The notes beneath the pieces were generated by a model. The model made no database searches and was not told where the DNA came from. It was given only the letters and a program-made list of their open reading frames with translations. The position numbers were made by a program, and so were the translations under genes. From a virus (Duplodnaviria; Caudoviricetes), in the IMG/VR virus record IMGVR_UViG_2974623298_000001, positions 12,262 through 76,261 of that record: DNA of 64,000 nt. One strand, given 5' to 3'. Shown one piece after another: positions 56,279-64,000 of the stretch; positions within the stretch are counted from its first letter, which is position 1; each line of letters starts with the position of its first letter.

Positions 56279-56931
56279 ATGGTTTCTTGTTCGCGGTTGC
56301 GTTGCTGCTCGTAGTTGCGCTTGCGCTCGTGTCGTTCGCACATGGGCACGACTCGATGCGGGTTCACCTGCACCAGCGGGCAGCCCGTCCCAACCCTGGG
56401 GTCGTCGATGTCCATGACTTGCTCGCCGGCCTCGACAAACTTCTCGACGATCTCTCGCACGCACTCAACACACTTGCGCGAGGGGTGCACGAGCATGTAG
56501 CTGAACTTCTTCTGCGCTGCGAAGATCGGGTTGGGCACCAACTCGTACGGGTACGTGCCCTGGTAGGTGGCGAGCGTGTTGAGTATGCGCTTGACTCTAC
56601 TGATCTTGACGTAGTAGTCTTGCCACACCGCCTCCCCTTCGCTCTCCACCATGCCAGCCACGGTGACCGGGAACACTGGCTCACGATCCTCGGTGTGCAT
56701 CGAGCCATTGAAGATGCGCGCACACTGGGTGGTGTCCTCGTCGTCCCAGATGTCGGAGAAGATTGACTGCAACCAATGGTAGTGAGTGATGGTGTAATCT
56801 CCGACGTTCACCTCCGTGAAGGTGGGCTCGATCGGCATGTCCATCACCATGATCTCGAGACGAGCGGGCTGGCTGTAGTCACCGGACAGCGCCGGGTCAT
56901 ACACCTCCGCAGCCGTAACGCTGAGGCTCAT
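56275..56931 (-). CDS. Hypothetical protein (C-terminal Cys motifs)
   Basis: ATG at 56931, ATGA-coupled. Confidence 0.6.
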   Translation of the reverse strand: MSLSVTAAEVYDPALSGDYSQPARLEIMVMDMPIEPTFTEVNVGDYTITHYHWLQSIFSDIWDDEDTTQCARIFNGSMHTEDREPVFPVTVAGMVESEGEAVWQDYYVKISRVKRILNTLATYQGTYPYELVPNPIFAAQKKFSYMLVHPSRKCVECVREIVEKFVEAGEQVMDIDDPRVGTGCPLVQVNPHRVVPMCERHERKRNYEQQRNREQETI

Positions 56932-57152
56932 CCCTGCATCGCCTCCCGTACCACGTCGACCTTCCCCTCGCGCACGAGGTGGAACCAGGTCACGTCGCGC
57001 CTCCCTGTGTCGGTCGGCACGTTGCAGGGCTTGCCCGCCCGTGCGTAGCACGCCTCGCACTCGAAGTTCAGCGGCGTGATCTCCGTGCCGTCGGGCATGG
57101 TGTACTTCTTGACTGTTCTGTGCAGCGTCACTGTTCCTCCTACTTGAGACAT
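56928..57152 (-). CDS. Zinc-finger-like hypothetical protein
   Basis: CEAC.A..GKPC...H..R motif. Confidence 0.6.
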   Translation of the reverse strand: MSQVGGTVTLHRTVKKYTMPDGTEITPLNFECEACYARAGKPCNVPTDTGRRDVTWFHLVREGKVDVVREAMQG

Positions 57153-57565
57153 GGGTTACCGTCCCGCTCGTATCTATCTATCTTTGAGTTAGCATCACCG
57201 ATCGCAACCCAGGCGTTGTTCATCTCGTTCTGCACACTCTTCATCTGACCCTGAAGTTCCTTGATCTTGAACGGGTCTTGCGTAAAGACATTCAATTGCA
57301 TGTCATCAAGCATCTGCTTCATGCGACCCTTAGCAAGGGACAACTGCCACTGACCATCGACTAGGTTGTCCACTTCCTCGAGGTACCATTTGCATTGCTC
57401 GCTTACCTTGCGTGGCACCTCCTTCTCTACCTGTTCAGTCACGTAGACTTTCATAGGCTCTTGTGGTTCGACACTCGGCTGGGTTGCACTGGAAGACTCG
57501 GCCACCCAGATGGCTCCCATCATGGATGCACCGAGTACAAATCCCAGTAGCTTCTGCTTGTTCAT
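57140..57565 (-). CDS. Exported / membrane-anchored coiled-coil protein
   Basis: N-terminal hydrophobic helix. Confidence 0.65.
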   Translation of the reverse strand: MNKQKLLGFVLGASMMGAIWVAESSSATQPSVEPQEPMKVYVTEQVEKEVPRKVSEQCKWYLEEVDNLVDGQWQLSLAKGRMKQMLDDMQLNVFTQDPFKIKELQGQMKSVQNEMNNAWVAIGDANSKIDRYERDGNPCLK

Positions 57566-57568
57566 GCC

Positions 57569-58465
57569 TCAGTCTCGGGACGCAGCTCCCGGAACCCACA
57601 CTCCGAAGGTGTCGTCAACGTACTCCACGATCTCGGGTCGTCGAGTGATGCACTCGGAACCGAGACGGTAGTACCGTGACTTGTCATCGGTCAGCTCCCT
57701 TCCGCAGTTCACGCACTCCTTGAAGCGCGTACCGTAACGGTCAGCGCACCCGGCCTTGTCCATCATGACCTGCACCAACAGGTCGGCGACCACCGAACCA
57801 TGCACCTCGTTGCGCCCGGTCACCATGCCCGACTGGTAGAACTTCTGCAGCTCGAGCCAGTCATCGCTGGACTTGTAGCGCAGGTCACGGTATTCTTCGG
57901 GGTCACCCTTGTAACGCTTGCGTGTGGCCAGCTTGAGGAACACCGTCTGCTTACCGTCGTCAGCTGTCACCGCATACCTACCGTCAGGTATCATGCGCAG
58001 AATGTTCATGTCCAGCTTGTCGGTGACTGGTATCGGTTGTGCAGGCTGCGGCGTGCCCGATGCCACCGCACCTGTGTAGTCTCGGTCGGCCTCGTCCACG
58101 TTGCCCAGCACCTTGAGCTCGGCGATGACCTGGCTGGCTTCCAGCATGGTGCTGATCGCTGGCTCCACGCGTGCGAACTTCTCGTCACACAGCTTCTCGA
58201 TGAAGTGTCGCTGCTTGGCAGTCACCGAGAACCTGCTGCGTCCATCGCTCGGATTGATCGGACCAGCGCTGACCACACGCTGTCGCACCTTGCTACTCCC
58301 ACCAGGGGCGGGTGTCGGTGTGGTCAGTGTTGCAATCTTGTTGCTGACCTGATCAATCAGCGTGAGGTAGCTCGCCAGCACTGTGTTGTGTCGACGGTTC
58401 TCGGTCTCGATGTAGTCGCGCAGTTGCGCAACCTCTTTGAGGAGGTCACCATGTGGATCACTCAC
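57569..58465 (-). CDS. Hypothetical protein with C-terminal DUF6011-like zinc finger
   Basis: CVNCGRELTDDKSRYYRLGSEC; GTG at 58465 after GGAGG. Confidence 0.7.
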   Translation of the reverse strand: MSDPHGDLLKEVAQLRDYIETENRRHNTVLASYLTLIDQVSNKIATLTTPTPAPGGSSKVRQRVVSAGPINPSDGRSRFSVTAKQRHFIEKLCDEKFARVEPAISTMLEASQVIAELKVLGNVDEADRDYTGAVASGTPQPAQPIPVTDKLDMNILRMIPDGRYAVTADDGKQTVFLKLATRKRYKGDPEEYRDLRYKSSDDWLELQKFYQSGMVTGRNEVHGSVVADLLVQVMMDKAGCADRYGTRFKECVNCGRELTDDKSRYYRLGSECITRRPEIVEYVDDTFGVWVPGAASRD

Positions 58466-58802
58466 CGCGCACCTCCTCGATGAGTGCCGAACCGAGGACA
58501 GTACCGTCGTGGTCTGTGACGTAGAACTCACAGAAGCTGTCGGTCTCGAGGATCAGCTGGATGCTCACGTTGTCGCCGAGCTTGACCATGAGCTGGTCCT
58601 GTAGCTCACGCTTGGCTGCGCGGTATTCGTGATGGCAGTCGGTTCGGAAGAACTCCGTTGCGTTCGTACCAGCGTGCTGCCTGCATGTTGCTTTACCGAT
58701 CCACGTCGGTGACACGCGGACCGCTAGAGCGTCGGGCTCCGTTGCAGCGGGCGGGCAGCGATCGGTGGTCGTCGGGTGGTTCGGTTCGATCGGGTCGGAC
58801 AT
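58458..58802 (-). CDS. Hypothetical protein
   Basis: ATG at 58802 after AAGGAG. Confidence 0.6.
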   Translation of the reverse strand: MSDPIEPNHPTTTDRCPPAATEPDALAVRVSPTWIGKATCRQHAGTNATEFFRTDCHHEYRAAKRELQDQLMVKLGDNVSIQLILETDSFCEFYVTDHDGTVLGSALIEEVRGE

Positions 58803-58967
58803 GTGCACTCCTTGCGGTAGTGAGGTGTGTGTAGTTGTGGTCAGTCGTGCGATGACTCGAGCGCCGCTAGACACCCGTCACACAGGTAGTTCTGCTGGTG
58901 ATCGCACCAGTCAAAGACCGGATGCACCAGCTCCCCGCAGCTGTTGCATCGAGGGTAGACAGTCACG

Positions 58968-59072
58968 TCATCCCTTCTTGTAGTTCACCTTGTTGCCGAC
59001 ACGCTTGGTGTAGTCGATTGTCGTCGGTCGCTTGCGGAGGTTGACCTTCTTGGTCAGGTTCACGTTGCTCAT
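58968..59072 (-). CDS. 34-aa basic peptide
   Basis: MSNVNLTKKVNLRKR...; GAAAGGGG RBS. Confidence 0.5.
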   Translation of the reverse strand: MSNVNLTKKVNLRKRPTTIDYTKRVGNKVNYKKG

Positions 59073-59165
59073 GGTGCATCCCCTTTCGGTGGTGGTGGTA
59101 GTGCGGAGTGGAAACAGGCCGGGTCACTGTTACGTGACCCGGCCTGTGTCGGTGTGACCTCGCGG

Positions 59166-60146
59166 TCAGTTCTTCGTGGCGCCCTTGGTCCCGGCGTCGT
59201 TGGTGCCCGGCGTGATGCCCTCGACGTTGCACTTGGACGCGTCACCCTGGGGGAACAGGCGTGCCGACACTGCGCCCGAGCTGGGTGCGTCGTCGCCGTA
59301 CTCCTCCGAACGGTGCTTGACGATCTCGGACACGGTCAGGAAGGTGCCCGACTCGACGCCCTCGAACGCGCTCGAGATGTGGTTGCCCACGTTGCGACGA
59401 ACTCCGGTGAAGGGCTGGCGCGGACCGGTGGCTCCGCCTGCCCGGCGACCGCCGATGCCCTTGCCCTGGAAGACCTTCACCGCTGCGGCTGCGATGCCCG
59501 ACAGTTCGGGCTCCTCGCCACGCGTGGCCTCGTCGGCCTCGAGCCAGTCGAGGTAGGCGCTGGCCTGGCTGTAGGCGACCTCGGTGGAGGGGACCTCGTA
59601 GTCCTCGGCGTCTTCCGGGACGCGATCGGTCAGGAGCGCCAGCCCCAGCTCGATCACGGCGACGCGCTCGCCGAACGCTTCCTTCGGGTCCACCTTCGGT
59701 GCGGCCGCCTTCGGCGCGGGCTTGGTGGTGCGGAGCTTCTCGCTGACCTCGTTGTACGAAACGGCCTTGATGTACTCACCGGCGGGCAGCGCGGCCTTCA
59801 TCGACTCGTCGACGAAGTCCTTGGCGAGGTTCTTGTACTTGATGCCACCGGTCACGCCCCGGTAGGCCTCGGCGACCTTGTCGAGGTCGGCCTCGGACAC
59901 GGTGCCCGTGCTCGGGTCGGCTGCCTCGACGGCTGCGGTCACGACGGACTTGAACGTCTCGACGTTGGGCAGGTGCTCGGCATCGGCTGCGGCCTGCTTG
60001 GCGGCCTTGTCCACGTCGCTCTCGACGGGCTTGGTCTCGGTGGTCGGTTCGGTGGTCGGTTCGGTCACGGTGGCCTCCTGGTTGGTCTCGGTGTCCGCCA
60101 CGTCTGCGGCAGCGGTGGTCTCGTCGAAGATGTCGGTACGTGCCAT
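59166..60146 (-). CDS. Acidic Ala-rich protein with C-terminal wHTH-like domain
   Basis: 326 aa, AGGAGG RBS, very high GC3. Confidence 0.8.
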   Translation of the reverse strand: MARTDIFDETTAAADVADTETNQEATVTEPTTEPTTETKPVESDVDKAAKQAAADAEHLPNVETFKSVVTAAVEAADPSTGTVSEADLDKVAEAYRGVTGGIKYKNLAKDFVDESMKAALPAGEYIKAVSYNEVSEKLRTTKPAPKAAAPKVDPKEAFGERVAVIELGLALLTDRVPEDAEDYEVPSTEVAYSQASAYLDWLEADEATRGEEPELSGIAAAAVKVFQGKGIGGRRAGGATGPRQPFTGVRRNVGNHISSAFEGVESGTFLTVSEIVKHRSEEYGDDAPSSGAVSARLFPQGDASKCNVEGITPGTNDAGTKGATKN

Positions 60147-60205
60147 GATGTTTACCTCCTGGTTGGTTGGGCCGGGTGGCCCGCGTGTGTTTTCGTGATG
60201 TGTTC

Positions 60206-60235
60206 ACCCTACCCTGACGAGTAGGGGCAATGCAA
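60206..60235 (-). promoter_or_regulatory. Promoter TTGCAT-N18-TAGGGT
   Basis: Upstream of 59166..60146. Confidence 0.55.
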
Positions 60236-60266
60236 CTGCTTCGGTACTACTACGGTGTGATCTAGG

Positions 60267-60554
60267 TCACACGCGGTCGTCGGTGACGTATGCGACCGTA
60301 TCACCGTCGCGCCATACAGCGAACGAGAGTTTCAGCTCCTTCCCTAGACGCGTCCACACCAGCTCCCGCGTAGTGTTCGGATTGGACAGGCGTATCCACG
60401 CCTCGGTACCACCGATCGCTCCGGCGAGCGTCACGTAGGTATCCGACTGAATCAGCTGCCCGTTGCGCCACGTTGCAACGCGATAGGCACCGATTCTGGG
60501 CCAGTCGTTCGGCACCAGGTGATCCGGCAGCTTCTTGACGTTGGGTAGTGGCAT
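60267..60554 (-). CDS. Hypothetical protein
   Basis: 95 aa, TGATG-coupled. Confidence 0.6.
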   Translation of the reverse strand: MPLPNVKKLPDHLVPNDWPRIGAYRVATWRNGQLIQSDTYVTLAGAIGGTEAWIRLSNPNTTRELVWTRLGKELKLSFAVWRDGDTVAYVTDDRV

Positions 60555-60838
60555 CAGATCACCGCCAACAGATCGCCGATTGACGCGAGGTCACCGTCGA
60601 GCTGCCACAGGATCACATTGTCACCCTGGAGCCAGGCGATCAGGTCACGCGTGTTGTCAAACCACGCGTACTGTTCACGGTCGCCCTTGTTGGTGGTCCA
60701 CGCCGACCAGCCCGTGCGCCAGCCGAACTCGTACCACGTCAGCTCCACGTCCTGGTCGGGACTGCCGTAATTGCTGTTGCGACGCGCGAACGCGTACGTG
60801 ACGGTCGCGGTCAGTTTCGGTTTGGTCTCGGTCACCAT
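60554..60838 (-). CDS. Hypothetical protein
   Basis: 94 aa, AGGGAG RBS. Confidence 0.6.
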   Translation of the reverse strand: MVTETKPKLTATVTYAFARRNSNYGSPDQDVELTWYEFGWRTGWSAWTTNKGDREQYAWFDNTRDLIAWLQGDNVILWQLDGDLASIGDLLAVI

Positions 60839-60933
60839 GTCAATTCTCCCTTTTTGCCAGGCAGGCGTAAACGATCACAGCAATGACAGCCACCATGAAC
60901 AGGTGACCACCGTTGAAAACTACATCGAACATG

Positions 60934-61086
60934 TCACAGTTCCCCAGGCTTCTTCGCGCCGGGACCACACGCACCATTGCCCATGGTGGCGCAGTCCCAG
61001 AACAGGTTGTCTTCGTAGATGGTCGGGTCACCGGCCTGGGTGGCCAGTGCGTACAACGTCGCGAGCAATTCCCACAATGTGCTCAT
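60934..61086 (-). CDS. 50-aa peptide with WDCATMGN.xCG motif
   Basis: Manual translation; ATGA-coupled; I recall this motif from other actinophage small proteins. Confidence 0.5.
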   Translation of the reverse strand: MSTLWELLATLYALATQAGDPTIYEDNLFWDCATMGNGACGPGAKKPGEL

Positions 61087-61247
61087 GCGTTGCCACGCTC
61101 CGCGCTCGAGCGGACCCAGCCGACAATGGGCTGCACACCGACTGCCGACATGCGTTCGAGCTCACGCAGTTCCGACGCGCGCAGTCGTCGTCCACGGTGA
61201 ATCTGGTTGGTGCCACGTGCGCTGTTTCGCTTGATTGTTTTTGCCAT
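61083..61247 (-). CDS. Small basic hypothetical protein
   Basis: ATG at 61247 preceded by a conserved start-associated motif. Confidence 0.5.
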   Translation of the reverse strand: MAKTIKRNSARGTNQIHRGRRLRASELRELERMSAVGVQPIVGWVRSSAERGNA

Positions 61248-61342
61248 GATGCAACCCTTTCGGTGCTGTGTGTTTGGTGCGAGCCAGGCGACTCCCACGG
61301 TCACACGCGACGTTTGCCGCGCGTGCCGGTGGTACGTCTGGA

Positions 61343-61717
61343 TCAGAACGCCTGCCGATCGCCCACGTAGTACACAACCCACGATGCACTTTCACCCTCG
61401 TGGTGCACACCCGGCGGGTTGCCCTTCCATCCGTGGGCGAAGTTGCGGTCCTGGTCGGACTGGACGATGCCTTCGGCGTCAATCCACACGTTCGCCGACT
61501 GAATTTCCCACTCGCCGTTGCGGTAGAATTCCATCACCACGCACCGACCGTCACCAACTTTCAAGTCGTCAATGTGCCCGTGCACCACGTTGGACAGTTC
61601 CCACCCGACATTTGTCATGTATTCCAGACACGCTATCACGCGATCCATTTGGGGACTGGTGCGCGTTTCGGTGAACGCGTCGACGATGAGATCCTTCTTG
61701 GCATTGATGTCGAACAT
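61343..61717 (-). CDS. Hypothetical protein
   Basis: 124 aa, same start-associated motif. Confidence 0.65.
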   Translation of the reverse strand: MFDINAKKDLIVDAFTETRTSPQMDRVIACLEYMTNVGWELSNVVHGHIDDLKVGDGRCVVMEFYRNGEWEIQSANVWIDAEGIVQSDQDRNFAHGWKGNPPGVHHEGESASWVVYYVGDRQAF

Positions 61718-61813
61718 TGTGCAACCCTTTCGGTGCTGTTGGTTGGTAGTGCTAGGTTACCACGCGGTCAGCGTGGACACTTCTTCTAGTTCGTTGAATG
61801 ACGGTTCACCGCG

Positions 61814-62218
61814 CTAGCGTGCGCGACGACGTGCCAGTTTTGCGGCCGCTTTTTCGCGTTTTGCGGCGGCGTTTTCACGTGCGATACGTTGCGGCGACTT
61901 TGTGTCGACGGTCCGGACCGGTACGGTGGTCAATTTCGGCGCGCGGAATTGCGTGTTATTGAATTCTTTCATTTCACGGTCGGCGTAGAATTCGCGCCAA
62001 TTCGTATCGGGATCATAACAATCCAGTTTTCCATCCACGTGCCAATTGTTCTCGTTTGCGGCTTCGCGGATATTGGCATCCATTTGGTTCAATTCCGCGC
62101 CGGTATGTCCAAGATTTTTCGATAGTGCCGTGCCACGCGATGCCGTTAGTGACTTTCGTTCGGTCACGCGGACATCACGCATGATTCCGTATCCGCGACC
62201 GGTGATGTTATGTTGCAT
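61814..62218 (-). CDS. Hypothetical protein (first gene of the leftward operon)
   Basis: ATG at 62218 after AGGGG. Confidence 0.6.
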   Translation of the reverse strand: MQHNITGRGYGIMRDVRVTERKSLTASRGTALSKNLGHTGAELNQMDANIREAANENNWHVDGKLDCYDPDTNWREFYADREMKEFNNTQFRAPKLTTVPVRTVDTKSPQRIARENAAAKREKAAAKLARRRAR

Positions 62219-63144
62219 ATCTTTTCCCCTAATGTGTAGGAATTGTGCCACGCTAGCTATTCGTAATTCTTTTACGAATTACTAGCGCGAAACAATTCGG
62301 TTAATGGATCTAATCGAATTGTATCGCTAATTTGTCTGATTCATTAGTTCGCATTTAATGGTACTAGCTATATTCCCATTAACCTAACAATTCAGACACA
62401 ACATAATGTAGGCCGTTCACGGATACCTAGGACATGTCAACTAGTAGTGCCGCTATCCCCTACGCTACGTTTCATTTTTCGCACCATATCCGCGTGATCG
62501 CTACCGACATCTAACATCGGCGATCATCCAATTTTTCGGACGCCCGTGTACGATTGTCTAGTCCACCGCTAACCCGTAGGTGCGCTAGTGGTACTAGTTG
62601 TTAGTGGCGCTAGCGGTGGCGCGTACCGGGACCGGTCGACCGCGCGTCGGCCCGACCGGGACGACCACCGAACTAACTAACGACTAACAACTAGAACACT
62701 ACGCCCGGTGGTACTAGTTGTCTATAATCAAATCGTTATGATCGGAAGTCGGAAAAATCTTGACATGTAGTACTAGTAGGGTGTATCGCGCACATGTCGC
62801 GGTAGGGATAGGTAGGGGCACTTGGTACAAGGGTTGGTACAATCGCGATCGGCCGGCCGAATAGTTGCATAGCTCAACTAACGAGTTGTGATAGTGAATA
62901 CTGAATGCGCTATAGCAAAGATGTACCATAGTGAATGTTCTTTGTGATACTGGATTTAATTGGTGATAGTGAACTTAATTTGAGATAGTGCATTTAATTC
63001 AGTGTAGTAAAGAATGTTTGTGATAGTGAATGTTCTTTACTACAGCGGATTATATGTGTGATAGTGAACGTTCTTTGTAATACTGAATTAAATGTAGGAT
63101 CATGAATATCTTTGTGATACTGGATTAGATGTAGGGTAGCAAAG

Positions 63145-63163
63145 ATAGGGTAGGCTTACCTAT
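63145..63163. promoter_or_regulatory. IdeR/DtxR-like iron box (16/19)
   Basis: ATAGGGTAGGCTTACCTAT vs TWAGGTWAGSCTWACCTWA. Confidence 0.55.
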
Positions 63164-63254
63164 GTGTAGTGAGCATATGTACCAGTCGTTGTAGTGGTAC
63201 ATGGCTTGGTACAATGAATAGTTGTATCGTGCAACTACTATGACTCGTTGTATA

Positions 63255-63273
63255 GTAGGTAAGCCTAACCTAA
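63255..63273. promoter_or_regulatory. IdeR/DtxR-like iron box (18/19)
   Basis: GTAGGTAAGCCTAACCTAA vs TWAGGTWAGSCTWACCTWA. Confidence 0.75.
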
Positions 63274-63920
63274 GTAGACATGTGTCTAGACATCCGTCCA
63301 GGCGGGTGTATGTACCTACCGTTGTAGCAGGTACAATGGTAGGTACAAACGAGAATTGACGCGCATCTAACCATATGGCAATGGTGGAAGTCAAATCGTG
63401 ACTCCCAACATGTGGGATTAGAACGTGTTCATCGGATGTTACCGAACGAGTGGTGTAACGGGTCAATGCCGTGGTCAACGTGGTACTAGCGTGTTACCCG
63501 ATCGGTCTGTATCGAACGCTAGCGGCCGAAAATTGGGTTAGTGGTACTAGGACGACCAAACGGGGGTCTAGCGCGTCTACGGGCCATCTAGGGGCGAGAG
63601 CAAACATTCTCGATTTTGTCAAATCGGGCCCAAAACCCTAGACCTAGGGTTGAGTGTTGACAACGCGGAAAAAGTGTGCATCGCGCCAAAACCGATAGTT
63701 GCATCAAGCAACTAAATATCTTGAATCGTGCAACGTGGACTTTGCGATAGTGAATGTTGTGATAGTGAAACTGAGATGTGTTATCTCAAAGCATAGCTAT
63801 GCGTCGTAAGTGCATCTTTATTCAGACGACGCCCGTGTTCAGTTGAGCATTGCAACGACTTTTAGTTGCGTGTTGCATCTGATAACGTTGAAGGTCGCAA
63901 CTAATTTTCGCCGACCAGAG

Positions 63921-63939
63921 CAAGGTAAGCCTAACCTAA
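63921..63939. promoter_or_regulatory. IdeR/DtxR-like iron box (18/19)
   Basis: CAAGGTAAGCCTAACCTAA vs TWAGGTWAGSCTWACCTWA. Confidence 0.75.
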
Positions 63940-64000
63940 CTTTGCTAGCGTGGATTTGGGATGCAACTTTGGAAAGGGTGTGTGCTAGCGTGAAGCTCTC

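Larger units (their letters stand above)
62220..64000. repeat. AT-rich non-coding region with several interspersed repeat families
   Basis: No convincing ORF; GTGATAGTGAA x5, GGTACTAG x5, GGTACAA pairs x3, TAGTTG-N7-CAACTA x3 plus variants. Confidence 0.8.

Noticed and set aside
63421-63430. Possible LexA/SOS box (GAACGTGTTC)
   Set aside because: The spacer is 2 bp rather than the 4 bp of CGAAC-N4-GTTCG.
62714-63478. ORFs 62714..62929 and 63125..63478
   Set aside because: They have AT-rich atypical codons and no RBS, and they overlap regulatory motifs.
62220-64000. CRISPR array in the repeat-rich end
   Set aside because: The repeats are short, of several families and irregularly spaced.

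Overview
This window is most of the genome of a tailed (siphovirus-type) actinobacteriophage. The host is probably a mycolic-acid bacterium such as Gordonia or Rhodococcus; this is inferred from the cutinase/lysin B-like gene, WhiB, the split lysin A and the GC-rich codons. The + strand (1-28.9 kb) carries the virion and lysis operon: capsid protease, major capsid, head-tail joining genes, major tail, a tRNA-Asn, a frameshifted tail chaperone, a 3349-aa tape measure, minor tails, holin, and amidase plus M23 lysins. The - strand (28.9-62.2 kb) carries DNA-metabolism and accessory genes: Cas4-like nuclease, WhiB, DNA methylase, cutinase, MazG, RusA, beta-clamp, Orn-like exonuclease, SNF2 helicase, an SSB-like protein, HNH, and a MoxR AAA+/VWA pair. 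The last ~1.75 kb is AT-rich and non-coding. No integrase, repressor, DNA polymerase or primase was recognised in the window. Top observations: (1) the non-coding end is a mosaic of operator-like motifs, including three near-consensus IdeR/DtxR iron boxes and five TAGTTG-N7-CAACTA-type palindromes; (2) the WhiB domain has no start codon and lies just after an in-phase C CCT TTA slippery heptamer; (3) the SNF2 helicase appears split at an A6 run by a +1 shift. All coordinates and motif matches were read by eye; no database searches were run.
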